From assembly GCA_903813345.2 (NCBI GenBank), contig CAIIXF020000001.1, forward strand, positions 5,332,001-5,396,000: a DNA stretch of 64,000 nt. The letters are read 5' to 3'. The stretch is from Owenia fusiformis (Eukaryota). The notes under the pieces were generated by a model, which was not told the DNA's origin, ran no database searches, and was given only the letters and a program-made list of their open reading frames with translations. Positions 49,334 through 61,879 of the stretch are shown in pieces; the stretch's first letter is position 1; every line of letters starts with the position of its first letter. The translations under genes were made by a program, and so were the position numbers.

Positions 49334-51415
49334 TATTTACATTTCTTGTTTGAGTGTTTGAAGAGTTGAAACATTTCTAGTGTTAATAAGTTCATTCTGA
49401 CATAAATAGGAAGTTGATAAATATTTTCAAACTCCCCCAGATATATTGGTGTTATCTTAACCCCCTCTTCACATCTGAATAATTTAGTCTCAAAATGCAG
49501 CTTACAGTAAGTAGTAATGTAGGTGTGTTGTGATAATGTGGTGCTTCAGACTAAAACCACCTCAAAATCAATTTTTCAATTAGTAGCTAACATGAGAAAA
49601 TTTCAGAGAAAAGTCCATTTAAGAAAATGCTTATATATTTAGGTTTGTTTATTCAGATTTACTGAAAAACAACTTAAAAAAGATATTTGGAAGAACTATA
49701 ATTTGACATTAAACATGCGTAAACATGAAAACTTCTACTTCTTTACTTCAATTCTTATTTGAACAAAGCCCGTCACTAATGATGAAAAATGTAATTTTAC
49801 CTGACAAAAAGGGATACATGTTTAATCTGAAAAAGTAACAAGTTTATTTTAAGATATTCCATAGCTTTTATCAAGTACATTTATATATTTCAGGTGAATG
49901 AATTACCTGGACAGGTACGCTTTCAGGTAATTTTTTACCTGACTAACGACTAAACTTCAGTATTCTTTAGGTGTCATCACTTAAGTGACATATCGCTGCA
50001 TATACATTACAGATGCATTAACTTGATACATTTTCTTTCAATTTTGTTAATTCATGTAAAAAAAGCGCAAAGTACCTAAACACACACATTCATAAAACTG
50101 CTCATTTCTGCTACAATAACTGTCTCACAGTTATAGTAGTAATGAGACACTCTCTTCTTAACATCCAAGCAACATCCAAAAGAAATTAAAAACATGATAA
50201 AACTTTTCAAAATAAGAACTCTACATAACGTAGATGAAACACTTTCATAAACCCTATTCCTGTGCCTCACTGTTCTTGGTCTCAAACAATCGAATGTGCC
50301 AAACTAAGAAAATACATGTGATTTCTAACATTACATTAATGATATGATGTTTGTACAAGTTACAAGTACATGCGTAACACAAAGAATCAATATTACGCAA
50401 TCAGTTAAGACAAGAATAAGCATTATCATAAAACATTTCCAAATGAAATCATTATTTTTACAAAAGCTATTTTCCTTACACAGTCACTTGTCAATATCAA
50501 TGTAAATATTTAGCCAAAATGTCAAGCAATAATTTATAAAAAATTCAAAAAGAAACAAATTAATGATATGGCTATCTGTAAACAAAAATATCGAGATATT
50601 TGTCATCCGGATGAACATGCACAAACGAACGAAATACACTTAACATGATAATAAAGACATTGACATTTTTCAATAACCTCAAATCATTCTTTTCAAAATT
50701 GGTGGGAACAACCCTAAAAATTTCCTTTTATTATAAGAATGGTCCTTCACTAAACTTAATACTATAAAAACTTCAGACAACTAATTCATCAGAAAATGTG
50801 AAAAATGTGGCCCAAAGTTCACAACAACATGTAATTTTTCATAATTTGTTCACATAAGCCAATCTTATATTTCCTTCTATGTTACAGCTGCTACTGAATC
50901 TTTACAAAGTAAGCTATGATAAATCGAGCTATAAATTCTTAATAAATTTGAAATTAAATAGAATGCAATGCCTGTTGGGACATCAAAGCCTCATGGGGGT
51001 TGATAAATAGACTCTTTCAGATGCAGCTAATAGGTGCTCTATAATATCATGTCCTAGTGTCTGAACGTATAATGAAAAAACATATTACGATTCTCATTGC
51101 TCTAACTGATTCAGACATGCAAAAGTCACACGCAGCATGCTTTTACTTTATAAATTGTTTGGTAAACTATTAATTCAACCCTAACATTAACAAAGTCAAC
51201 ACGCAAATGATAATCAATATAATGAAAACATCTGGATCTTATAGGTTTCAGATACATACAATAAATATATCAAAGTGTAAAAAGATTAGAGAGATTTCGC
51301 TCATATGTAAAGGCACAACCAATGTTTATGCATATAGCTATACGTTGTAAGCATAAGTGAATTGAAATTTTGCATTTCGCAAAAATTTGTATTAGTGGTG
51401 TAGAAAAGTACTCAC

Positions 51416-51640
51416 GTAGACATCGAATCGTCTCGCCAAGGTGTTATAGAATTTGTCCCGATTCCGTATGAATGAATGTTTTACATTTTATTCGTCTTGA
51501 TTAGGAGTTCAGATTTCGTGAATTATTTCACGAGTCTGATATTCGCGAATTTGTATTCCGACTCGTGATCACCCCCCGCATAGTTTATGAGCATGTATTC
51601 ATTTATGTTCCTTCCACTTTGGTGATTGGTTTAGAAAGGG
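51416..51640 (-). promoter_or_regulatory. Candidate distal Sulf promoter / non-coding first exon
   Basis: CpG-enriched patch ending in donor TAC|GTGAGT at 51415; CCAAT box on the minus strand near 51625. Confidence 0.5.
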
Positions 51641-54263
51641 TCAGCGTGATAGATATGAAATTATTTATTAACCAGACTGTCACAGGCACCAGTCTTCGAG
51701 GCCGGGCTGCAAAACGGTAATATAGTCTATACTATAGGCAGAGGGAAATTTATAATAAGACTCTGCGCGCAAGGTAAGCCCTACCCCACAAAAAAGAATA
51801 AAAGCAATTTTTTAATTTGTTGAAAAAACATTAACAAATTTTAATTTGAAATGATTAGAATGCACCATATATACAATGTAATTTTTTAAAAAGATTTCCG
51901 GGGATGACCGTACCTACTACTTTGGGGCTTCCTTCGCTGGAAATGATGCAAACCCAAAAAATCGCACCCTACCCGCTTGACAAATGCTGGCTAAGCTCCT
52001 GAGTAAGGTTTTTTAGACATTATCAAAAAGGATGTATCAATAAAAAGAGGGTTAACATGGAAAACTGTAATGGGATCAGCGCCCTACCACAACCCCACCA
52101 ATATAAAATATTACTTTTCTCCAATGTCAACAAATCTCAAATGTGACCTGAAACCTGTGAAGCCTCAACTTAGCGTGCTTCATTAGCAGAGTTGTTGTTC
52201 CAGTAAAGTTACTCTTACTTTGTTGTTGTATGAAAGTGATCTCAAGTCTACACCCTACAACAGACATATCAATCATCTCTCTGAGGCACACACTTGGCTG
52301 TTCATCAGCTTACAACATTATCTTACACCCTCAAAGTCAGGAAGCCAATCTCTACAGGACTGATTTTAGCCAATGCAATTCTATCAAAAACTATTACATC
52401 AAGAGTTAACTTTTTTTAATCAAAACAAACTTATAAAACAAAACAGTATTACTAAATGCGTTTAGCCTTTAATTTTTTCACTTGGCTCTCCCTCTAAGTC
52501 AGATAATAAGTCCAACTGAGAGCAAAATCAAGATGATCACTATTCACTAATAGTAATAATCAGTATTTGTCAATTTCTGTTTTCTTTTCATGGAATGAAA
52601 GATGAGTATTCACTCAAAATGTTTAAGTAGAGATCAAGATGATATATACACCACAGCATGCTGTATTAAGGCTTTGAAAAGGGGTGAAAATCACTTTGAT
52701 AGTTATATACAACCTTTAAGCTTGGATAGAGAAAAAATTTGGTTCTGGATATGGGTTTAGTTCTGGAACAAATGCTGTCCCAAAATCTAATGCTTAATCC
52801 TTATGTTACCTAATGTGAAGAGCATTTGACAATGTAAACCAGTAAATAATGACAACTTTCCAACATTTAAAGTCCTCAAACTACTCAATATCCAAGATTA
52901 AATCTACTTGAGACTCAAATTATTAATATATGAAATAAAATTCTGAGAGACCTTCTTGTGAACCCCTTCTTTGAAGAGATTAGATTGATACATCAAATGA
53001 ATCTAAAATAGTTTTTGAATAAACATATCGACACAATCAACAGAAATAAATAATAACAAAATGTAAAGGCATCTTTTAATAAGTGCTTTGAATCATAATA
53101 TAAGAGGCGCCTCGATGTCTGCTTCACATAATTCCTGACTCTACTGTATTCAAGCCAGATTGTGTTCCTTCCATTAAGCAAACCTCAATCAACTTCTAAA
53201 CTTCAGAAAATCTTGAGATTTATGAATGAACGGCTAAATAAACCTAAATAATATATTAATTCTCTATCGCTTCATAAATAACTTGTCATATTAGATCTCC
53301 ATTTGATCAATAAATGATAGCCAATTATTCTAATAGCATGATTAAAGTCTAATAAAGTTTGATTAAAAATGTGCCTTCTGATGATAAAAGGATAGTGGTT
53401 AGACAAAAATACTCTTGTTAACAATTTTTGTTTTTTTCATAATTTGTAAAAAAACAAAAATGGCTATTTCACATAGAGAGAAAACTGAAACTTATAAGAC
53501 ATAACTTTCCTTCTTCCTTAAACATGGTGCATTGCTACATTCATTAATGCTAAATAAATCTTGAAAGGTGAAATTGAATATTTTCTCAAGGGTGATATAG
53601 AACTACTTGAGATAAAATTACACCCACAATCATGGTCCATGATCCCCCTGTTCAACCTTACAATAGCATAAAACACCCACCCATTCCACTTCACATGGCA
53701 CTTGAATACAATTGTGGCTGAAAATGAACAATAGTACACATTTTGGACAATACATATTGCCACCATCCAGACAATATAAATCTAGTTATAACATCAAGAA
53801 ATAATTGAAAATATTAAGAATGGCCTTCTGATAGTTTTATATATTGAATATCATAATATAATAGATTTTCGAAGGCACTAAAGAAGTCTTGGTTTTCAGA
53901 TATGAGGCCATGCCAATTGATAGGTTTATTACAAGCTATCATTTTATTATCCACATCTCTTACGCCAAGAAGATTACTTCAAAATGTCTATTGCAAAACA
54001 GAGTAAATATTCATGAAATTCCAAATATAAATTCAATATTCGGATCTCATGATATGAATGTTAGAAACTTCCTTCCCTTTGGGTTCATGAATATTCTGGT
54101 AAATCTGACAGTAGACATGGCTCTGGTGCTCCCCAGCGGATATGTACTTAGCAATAGCATTCGCTGAATTTGATTATCTCGCGATATATCACTTTGGAGG
54201 ACAGTTTGCAGAGCATGGTTTAGTCTAAAAACTTCCTGTCAAAATTTTAATCAAGTCAGTGAG

Positions 54264-54449
54264 CAGGGGTTTCAATAAATATTTTTTCAACAGGCTTTTT
54301 GGCAATTTCAACAGGCTGAAACTTATTTCACTTAAAATAACTTAGGGTAAGGTAAGTAACAGTGAATTTTATTTCTACATATTTGAACAGGCGCAATTGA
54401 GATTTGAACAGGCGTTTTCGCCACCCGCCTGTGCTTATTGAAACCCCTG
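54264..54449. mobile_element. hAT-like MITE with 6-bp TSD
   Basis: TIR CAGGGGTTTCAATAA / TTATTGAAACCCCTG; AGTGAG on both flanks. Confidence 0.85.
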
Positions 54450-55867
54450 AGTGAGCATGATAATATATATAATATGTATATAAGATATGCAACATTATAA
54501 CTTGTATAAGGTAAAAGATCAGTGAATATTAATCAGTCAATATCTCAAGTGGAAAGTTCTTAAAGTTCACTGAATCACCCACTCCTACATTATTCTCTTT
54601 TTGGCCAGAAAATGCCAAATTCAGGGAGTTGAGAATCCAGACAAACAAAACATGTTTAAAATAAAATTAATGGCAACACCTCATTTTCAAATAAAATTCA
54701 ATATTGGTAGAACTGCTTATAATTAACACATTATCAAGGCTTGGAAAGCCTGAATCTAAATTCTTATGCACTTACAACTTAAATACCTCATGTTTTGGGG
54801 TTAGTTACACACCAACCTAACTCTAACTAAATCTAGTAGGTTAACATTATGTTAGCATACATTACTATGGCATTAACAGACTCAGGATATAGCATGCATG
54901 CAGATAGTTAACTGATCTGCAGCTCTTTATAAGAAATGGGCTCCATGTGATTGGGTCCCTATCATATGCCTCCCATGTCATCTACCGACTTCATCTGGAG
55001 ATATCAAAAAGTTTTTGTTTCTCCCTTATCTTCTAGTTCTTGGCATCAAAGTATGATTTCAATATTTAGACATTTTTTTAAAATCTAGAGATCACAACTT
55101 AACACCTAGGACTAAATATCCCAATTCAGATAAATCCTCATATTGTGACTTGGCACTATTATAAAATTAGGAGTCTTACTTTCTTGTCTTAATTAACACT
55201 TAAGCTCCTGAGATATTTACTCTTCTGAGAAATAACATCTGATTTGAAAATCTCTCAATCATGCTGTCACACTTTTGCATAATAATGGTTCTTTTTGTAA
55301 CTCTTATCGTAACAAAGAATTTGACTTGGCAAATAGGTTTGATTGATCTAATTAGTAATTATCGGATCCTAATCCTAGGACAATATCTTTTCTCCAAACT
55401 CTGTTTTTCTTTTATCAAAAATTTTAAAAAACTCCAACGAAGTATCCTTTGATATTCACATCAAAAACTGTTATTATTCTGAATACTAAATAAGGAGCCC
55501 ATTATATATTTTTGATTCTGCCCTCTTATATGAAGTGAAGGAATATAAGCTAATCAGGAACTAATGAGTAAATGAAATAGATAGCAGGTGCCAGCATTCT
55601 ATCTTTACTGGCTCCTGACCAATAAAGTAACTAATTAAAGGTCAATAGTACCTGATATCAAATAAGTCCATCTTTATTCAAGTATTGATCTGGGAGAATT
55701 TTGCTAACATGTATGCCCTGTCATTTTTGGAAAGCCTGGTCAAATTTCTAATATGCCAAAAGTTTTACAATTTGTGATTTAAAATGGTATAACTACATAT
55801 ATTATTCAATAACTTATATACCCTTTGCATTCATTGGAATACAGAATCTGTATTATACATCACCATA

Positions 55868-56080
55868 CAGGGCTCTCACCAAGAAATATTTCGGGCCACG
55901 GTATGGTGGAAACATCTTCAGCATAACTGTTCAATGTTTTTCATCCCTTTACATGCTATTATTGTGTATTCAGTCAAGTTTAGACTGTGGAAACAATCAT
56001 GACTGCCAATAGGTTGTTGTGGTTTAAGCTAAAGAGACTGTGGCGCTGCACCACAGTCTAAAAGCCTAGCAAGAGCCCTG
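55868..56080. mobile_element. hAT-like MITE with 5-bp TSD
   Basis: CAGGGCTCT / AGAGCCCTG; CCATA on both flanks. Confidence 0.8.
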
Positions 56081-57045
56081 CCATATCATACAGTCATATG
56101 CTTTGACCTCTAAATGGTTTTCTGTTGAAAGCTCATTCAAAAGACCATCAGATCTATATCTAGGCCTACATATATCCCAATTATGTCCAAAAAACAGAAC
56201 TTGATATTGCTCTATCATCATCATAGAATTTTGAAATACAAATGAGACTGCAGTGGTCATGGAAAGAAATAGAAGTTAACTTTTTGTCAATACTTCAAGA
56301 TATCAGTGATTTGAGGATCAATAATCTCTGATAACGTCTAGAGAGATCTCCCGTATATATATTCACCTGTATTTCCTTGTAGTATGCAGCTACTTAATAC
56401 CAGAGTATGCATGATACATTTCTCATGAATCTAAGTTCACATTTCGATTAGTGAAGTATGGGCATTCTCTGCCAATTGTGGTTACAACCCAGTATCCATA
56501 CATGTGCCATGTTTTTCAAGTCCTTTTTTGTTCCATCAGAATTTTTGTTTACACAAATTCCATGGAATATAAAAAGTTCCCCAAAGCAGATGGCGGAACC
56601 ATGAAGATTTAACAGGTAAAATCACATTGATATTTTGGAGATCATTTTGCCTATATTAGAAAAACTTTTGCTACATTTGCTACATTCTCATGATTCTGTC
56701 CTTGAGATAATATTTAGGCATCTATAGAGAAAATGTTCGGACGGAACTTGAAGGGTGCTCTAGACTTAGAGTCTAGTCTAAAATGATGTAATTTTTCATC
56801 ATACGATTCTACTTAATATGATAATTGCATTTACAAACTTACTACAATATGATTTCTACTAGTTTCTTGGAGTTTTTGGTTCTTTGTTTCTCCCACAACA
56901 CATTCATTTTGACAGGTCCCTAAAAATTGTGACTGCAATCTAAATCTACTAAACTTTCTAAATAAGTTTTAGGTTATATATTGAGTCTAGAAAAGTGAGA
57001 TCTCTGTATATAAATGTGACTTGATAGTTTATTAAATACACTCAC

Positions 57046-57280
57046 CTCATTATAATTATATAGAAACGAGATTAATGGAGTTATTCAGCTCTCTATCGGA
57101 CGTTCGTGAATCCTGGCTTTTTGAAGAAATCCTGGACCTTTGACCTCCGCCAGGTGGCGCTCTAATCCGTAAAATATTTTCGAAATGTTTAGATTTTCGA
57201 TAAATTTTGATTATTTGCACCGTATCATGAGCTAAAGTCAATAAGACAAATATTCGAAGAATAGTTTGTTATTACAGAAT
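57046..57280. promoter_or_regulatory. Candidate bidirectional promoter with CTCF-like motif
   Basis: CpG patch, minus-strand donor GAG|GTGAGT at 57045, CCGCCAGGTGGCGC at 57147-57160, plus-strand ATG exon immediately downstream. Confidence 0.45.
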
Positions 57281-57281
57281 C

Positions 57282-57344
57282 ATGGCAGCCCAACAGCGAG
57301 TCCAGGACTACCTTAAAAAGCACAAAATTGGAGCTTTGTTTGAG
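57282..57344 (+). CDS. C8orf34: First coding exon of a C8orf34-like protein (N-terminal docking/dimerisation-type helix)
   Basis: atcATGG context; MAAQQRVQDYLKKHKIGALFE then |GTAGG; resembles human C8orf34 [23 protein letters not shown] (recalled, not searched). Next exon not found in the window. Confidence 0.7.
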
Positions 57345-57378
57345 GTAGGATTTTTGTTGACATGATTTTTTCAATATT

Positions 57379-60300
57379 GGGCCATTCCATTTAAAAAATG
57401 TACGTGGGGTATGGATGCAAAATTCTGGGGGGGGGGGGGGTGTTGACCGAAAAATTCTGGGGGGGGGGGGTAGGAGACCAACAAATTCTGGGGGGGGGGG
57501 GTGTTGACCGAAAAATTCTGGGGGGGGTAGGAGACCAAAAAAATTCTGGGGGGGGTATTGACCATGGAATATTCTGGGGGGGGGGGTATTTGCAAAGGCA
57601 TTATGAAGGGGGGGGGGGGTTTAATAATAAGTGGGTGGTGGTGGTAGTCTGTGGGGGAGTATTCTATAGGGGTATAAGGGTGGAGTGTCTTTCAGTCTTT
57701 TAAAAGGCGGTAATAAGTCAGTTAATGTACATGTATTTCTTGAGTATTTTGTGTATGGACTTGTCTGACACCAAATCTGGGTCATGTTTATTATTTCGAA
57801 ATTTAATCCCAGCCAACAGAACAAAGTATGCTACAGCTAGATGTATACAGGTTTTTCTGACTTTCATATTTGCAATGTATTTGTGATCCTATATAATGCT
57901 TAATGCTAAGATAAGGAAAACGTTGGTATGGTCTTGTTAAGGGTATAACTTTCTCTACAGTGTCATGGCTTTCATAGAACTCCTCTTCATTTCTGGAACA
58001 GTAAAACATGATTTCCCCAAAAACATGAAGAATCATTAAAATTAACAAATATGACATTTTTCTCTGAAACAGTTACTGCATATTATTTAAACATTTTTAA
58101 ATTCAGACAATGAGAATTAGAATATCTTCATTCTCAAGTGAGATCAGTACATTTTCTAATTTATATCATACATCCTATATACTGGGGATCCACTTGATTA
58201 CACCGGTAATCATTATATCAGTATCATATTTTTTTGAAAATGTACATGTTTGCGAAAAAATAGCTCAGAGGACAACAGAATCGTTACCCTTTGCATTTGT
58301 TTGACTTCACTTCTTAAAAGAGAGCTTCGTCTTCACTCTTTCAAACTAAAATAAACCTGTGAACTCACCGCACCAATCAGTGTTCGTTGGCCAAATTTGA
58401 CCGACGTTCTATATATGGTCATTCCTTCTGACGTCATCGTTGAGCCCGGAATTATGTAATTTATGTTGAAGAAATAATAATTAATGAAAAAATATTGTAG
58501 TTACCAATGGAAACATTACATTTTAATTTTGATTGTGTGAAGTGAACAATGGTAGCGAGTTCAACTAACTAATTATGAAATATTCAGTTTTTATTTTTGC
58601 TTTTCATAATCATTTAGTCTGTTGAGAAAGTACACAGGTCATCTGAATATATCAGGATAAAACTATACAACCTCAATATAACAAATTAGTGAACTTGTCT
58701 AGAGATTAGGATACATTACACTAGTAGGCACATGACCTTACTCTGAATTGAGAGCTACAAGCAGTATATAGTACACTAGATCCAAACAAAAAACAGTGTA
58801 TGTGACAGTGACCTACATGTAAACTGCAATGTTGGAACCAATATATAGGTTCCAATCTGGCAATTACTTCCTTGTTCTTTAGACTTTTAGACAATTTGGT
58901 CAAATTATGGAACATGTGTAGCCTTCAAATATAACTTTATTCAAGTAGATGAGAGTATCTAGAACACTTTTGTTATAAGTTCATAGTATTATTTTCTGTC
59001 ATGTCTGTTCCACATTTTGGGCATCTAATTTCAGTCATAAACTATGTGGTCACTTCCTTCACATATTGAACTTTTCATGTGTTTTTGAAAATATAGGACA
59101 GTAGTTTGAAAAGTAAACCACTGAATATTCTAGTTATTCATACATTCTAAAGAATTGTGAACCATTAATAGGTACACTAATTTCTGGTAGTCAAAATTAC
59201 TTCACTCATTTTGTCTACATTATTGAGGAAGGTTACTTCAAACTACCAGCAATATTTTCAGACTAATTCAATCAGATTGTATCTTTGATACTATATACAT
59301 TAGTGTTGTCGCGATGTGCCATAATCGTACATCGATGCATCGGCAATTTTCAGTAGTAAACATCGATGCACATCGCGATGTACATCGAGAAAAAGTCCGA
59401 GAAAAATGCACTGAAATACCGAACGCTAATGCACTAAAATACCGAACAGAACATATTAATAAGAGTACGCTGGTACATCCGGGATCTTCTAGTAACGGTG
59501 AAATGAAAGTAAAGTTAATTGTTTTAGATTAATGGTTCATTTCTACTAACTAAAACAGTTTTAAAGCGAAAGAATATCAGAAAACATCAGAAAATGAAAT
59601 AAGACATGAGAAAGGTAAGCGATTTGGGTGATTTTTAGCAAATGACTTGAAATTTTTTTAAAAAAACATCGATGTTTTGTTTCAGACATCGATGCATCGC
59701 CAGAATCAGCTTTGGCGATGTATATCGCGATGTATCGATTAATCGCGACAACACTAATATACATACACTTTTTCTGCTAACTAGTACATGAAAATATACT
59801 GTTGAGACTAGATGTCATCAAAACCACCATAGCTAAGGCAAAAAAAGTTGACCTAGAAATATCCTGTTACAGTAATATAAGCAATAATTCATTCTGAGCG
59901 TATGACTTACTAACATTCTGTTAAAGGCACGTGTATATGGAAATATTTTGAAAATTTCTGGTACAAAATATAGTATGAAGGCATGTGTTTTATTTCTTTG
60001 TTTTTTTTCAGGAAATTATCTTTGCATTGCCTTCTTTAAGTAACTGAGTAAGCCTGGTAATTATCTTGTGCCAAGAAAATCTCAGGTTATGCAGACGGAA
60101 TCCAAAGAACATTATGTTATTTATCAAAAGACATAAAAGTCGGTGCTAGCTATGTACATATTTCTTACTTCAATTTAATCTAAAGACCAGCCTAAGTGTT
60201 CTCTCAAAGCCCAAAAGTTGCGGCTGTCTCAAATCGCAGACTTTTTAAATCGACCAGTATTTCAAAAGACAGCTGTAGCTTTGAGAGAATGTTCAAGCTA

Positions 60301-61145
60301 GTGTATAGAATCAATTGAGTAGATTACATCCTCTAGACGGTATTTTTTGAAATTTAGTTGGAAATACTCAGACTGTAAACAGCCTATGTTAAATGTTGTT
60401 GTTCAAACATATCTTTTTAATGTAAGTTATAATTCAAAGTGACTGATGTAGTAAATTAATTTGCATATTTAAATTAATTTTAAGTTCCACTACATGTAGC
60501 TTTATCTCTTAGACTAGACAATATGCTGTGTTACTTTTTATGTCATTTAATTGTACCTTACTACCTAATTGAATTTTCATAATGTTTATTTTATTGAAGT
60601 AATGCTTCCTCTAATGAATTGATAATTTTGTGCAATACAATTCACCGCAATAACCACACGACAGAAAATAAGGATAACAAACTGAGTTCACACTCAGTCT
60701 GTTGGATACTAATCAATAATGAGGTAAGAAATATGTGCATAGCTGGTGCAGATATTTTTGGACTTGTGAAATATAACATGTGGTTCTATTGCATACACAC
60801 CGATAACGTGGGTATTTCCATGAACATGTGCCTTTAACACTAATTTGTAAATTCTGCAAACTGATTGCCTATTTCAATGGTAGGAGCAACTTATAACCTT
60901 TATATTGTTTCTCAAGGAGGGATTTTGCGTGCTTCGGGGGGTATGGATGCAATTTTCCAGGGGAGAGGGGTATGGATGCAAATTTCTGGGGGGGGGGGGG
61001 GTATGGATGCAAATTTCCGGGGGGGGGGGGGGGTGGTATGGATGCAATTTTCTGGGGGGGGGGGTAGCAAGAAAAAAATTCTGGGGGGGGGGTATCTCAG
61101 CCTGTGCATCCATACCCCCCGTACATTTTTTAAATGGAATGGCCC
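57379..61145. mobile_element. Harbinger-like TIR pair with poly-G subterminal arrays, 3.8 kb apart
   Basis: GGGCCATTCCATTTAAAAAATGTACG at 57379 and its reverse complement ending at 61145; ATT on both flanks; G-run arrays 57406-57620 and 60935-61093. Confidence 0.65.
59301..59756. mobile_element. hAT MITE with 8-bp TSD
   Basis: TIR TAGTGTTGTCGCGAT / ATCGCGACAACACTA; ATATACAT on both flanks; ATCGAT subterminal motifs. Confidence 0.92.
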
Positions 61146-61879
61146 ATTTTTAGAAATGTTAGACTAGATATGTTTGGACCACAGGAACCTGGACAATTCA
61201 GCAGGGTTCATTAATTGATATTTCTATTGAACTTAAAAGTAAATATATAAAACATACCATTCTAATATATGTATTATGATCACAGGTAGGGATCAGATCG
61301 CACCTTCGCGTCCATACCGCTGTTTTCCGTACAGGTTGCCGCTCCTTCGAGTAGATAATCGACAGAATTTACGAATACAAAGGCTCTATCTTTTAATTCA
61401 GTCAACCTAGCCCTTTCTTCATAGTATATTCAGTTAGAGGAATGTGTTTCATATCATCTACGTTTTTAAGGGTACTTACATATGTCTAGGTTGCTCGTAG
61501 GACAGCACACAAATTACCCCCTGACATCCACCATTTCAGTTAAGTACGTTTTTCTTGGATTTGGGGTCATTTTTGTTCCTTCACACCTCGTCCAATGTAA
61601 AATTTGATTGATTTTACTGTTTAAATGGCTAAATGCATAAGAATATATACCTGTTATACCAGCATTGTTTCGACTTTACAGTTTCTGTCAAATTCCGCCA
61701 TTTTCGTTTTTGGATTACGCACCTTAATCGTATTTTGGTTTCAGTTTGGTAGAACTCTCCTTTTATTCAGATTAATGTTAAATTGGCAAAGTTCAGATCA
61801 CAGAGAACTATTTACACGTGATTTGTGTCGTTTTTAGAGTTCTTTCAAAAACGATACAAACGATACAAATCATAGTCTA

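Noticed and set aside
60012-60047. Strong acceptor as C8orf34-like exon 2
   Set aside because: Reads EIIFALPSLSN then stop; no similarity to the expected continuation.
57371-61167. Gly-rich and Pro-rich ORFs
   Set aside because: Artefacts of poly-G runs in the MITE arms.
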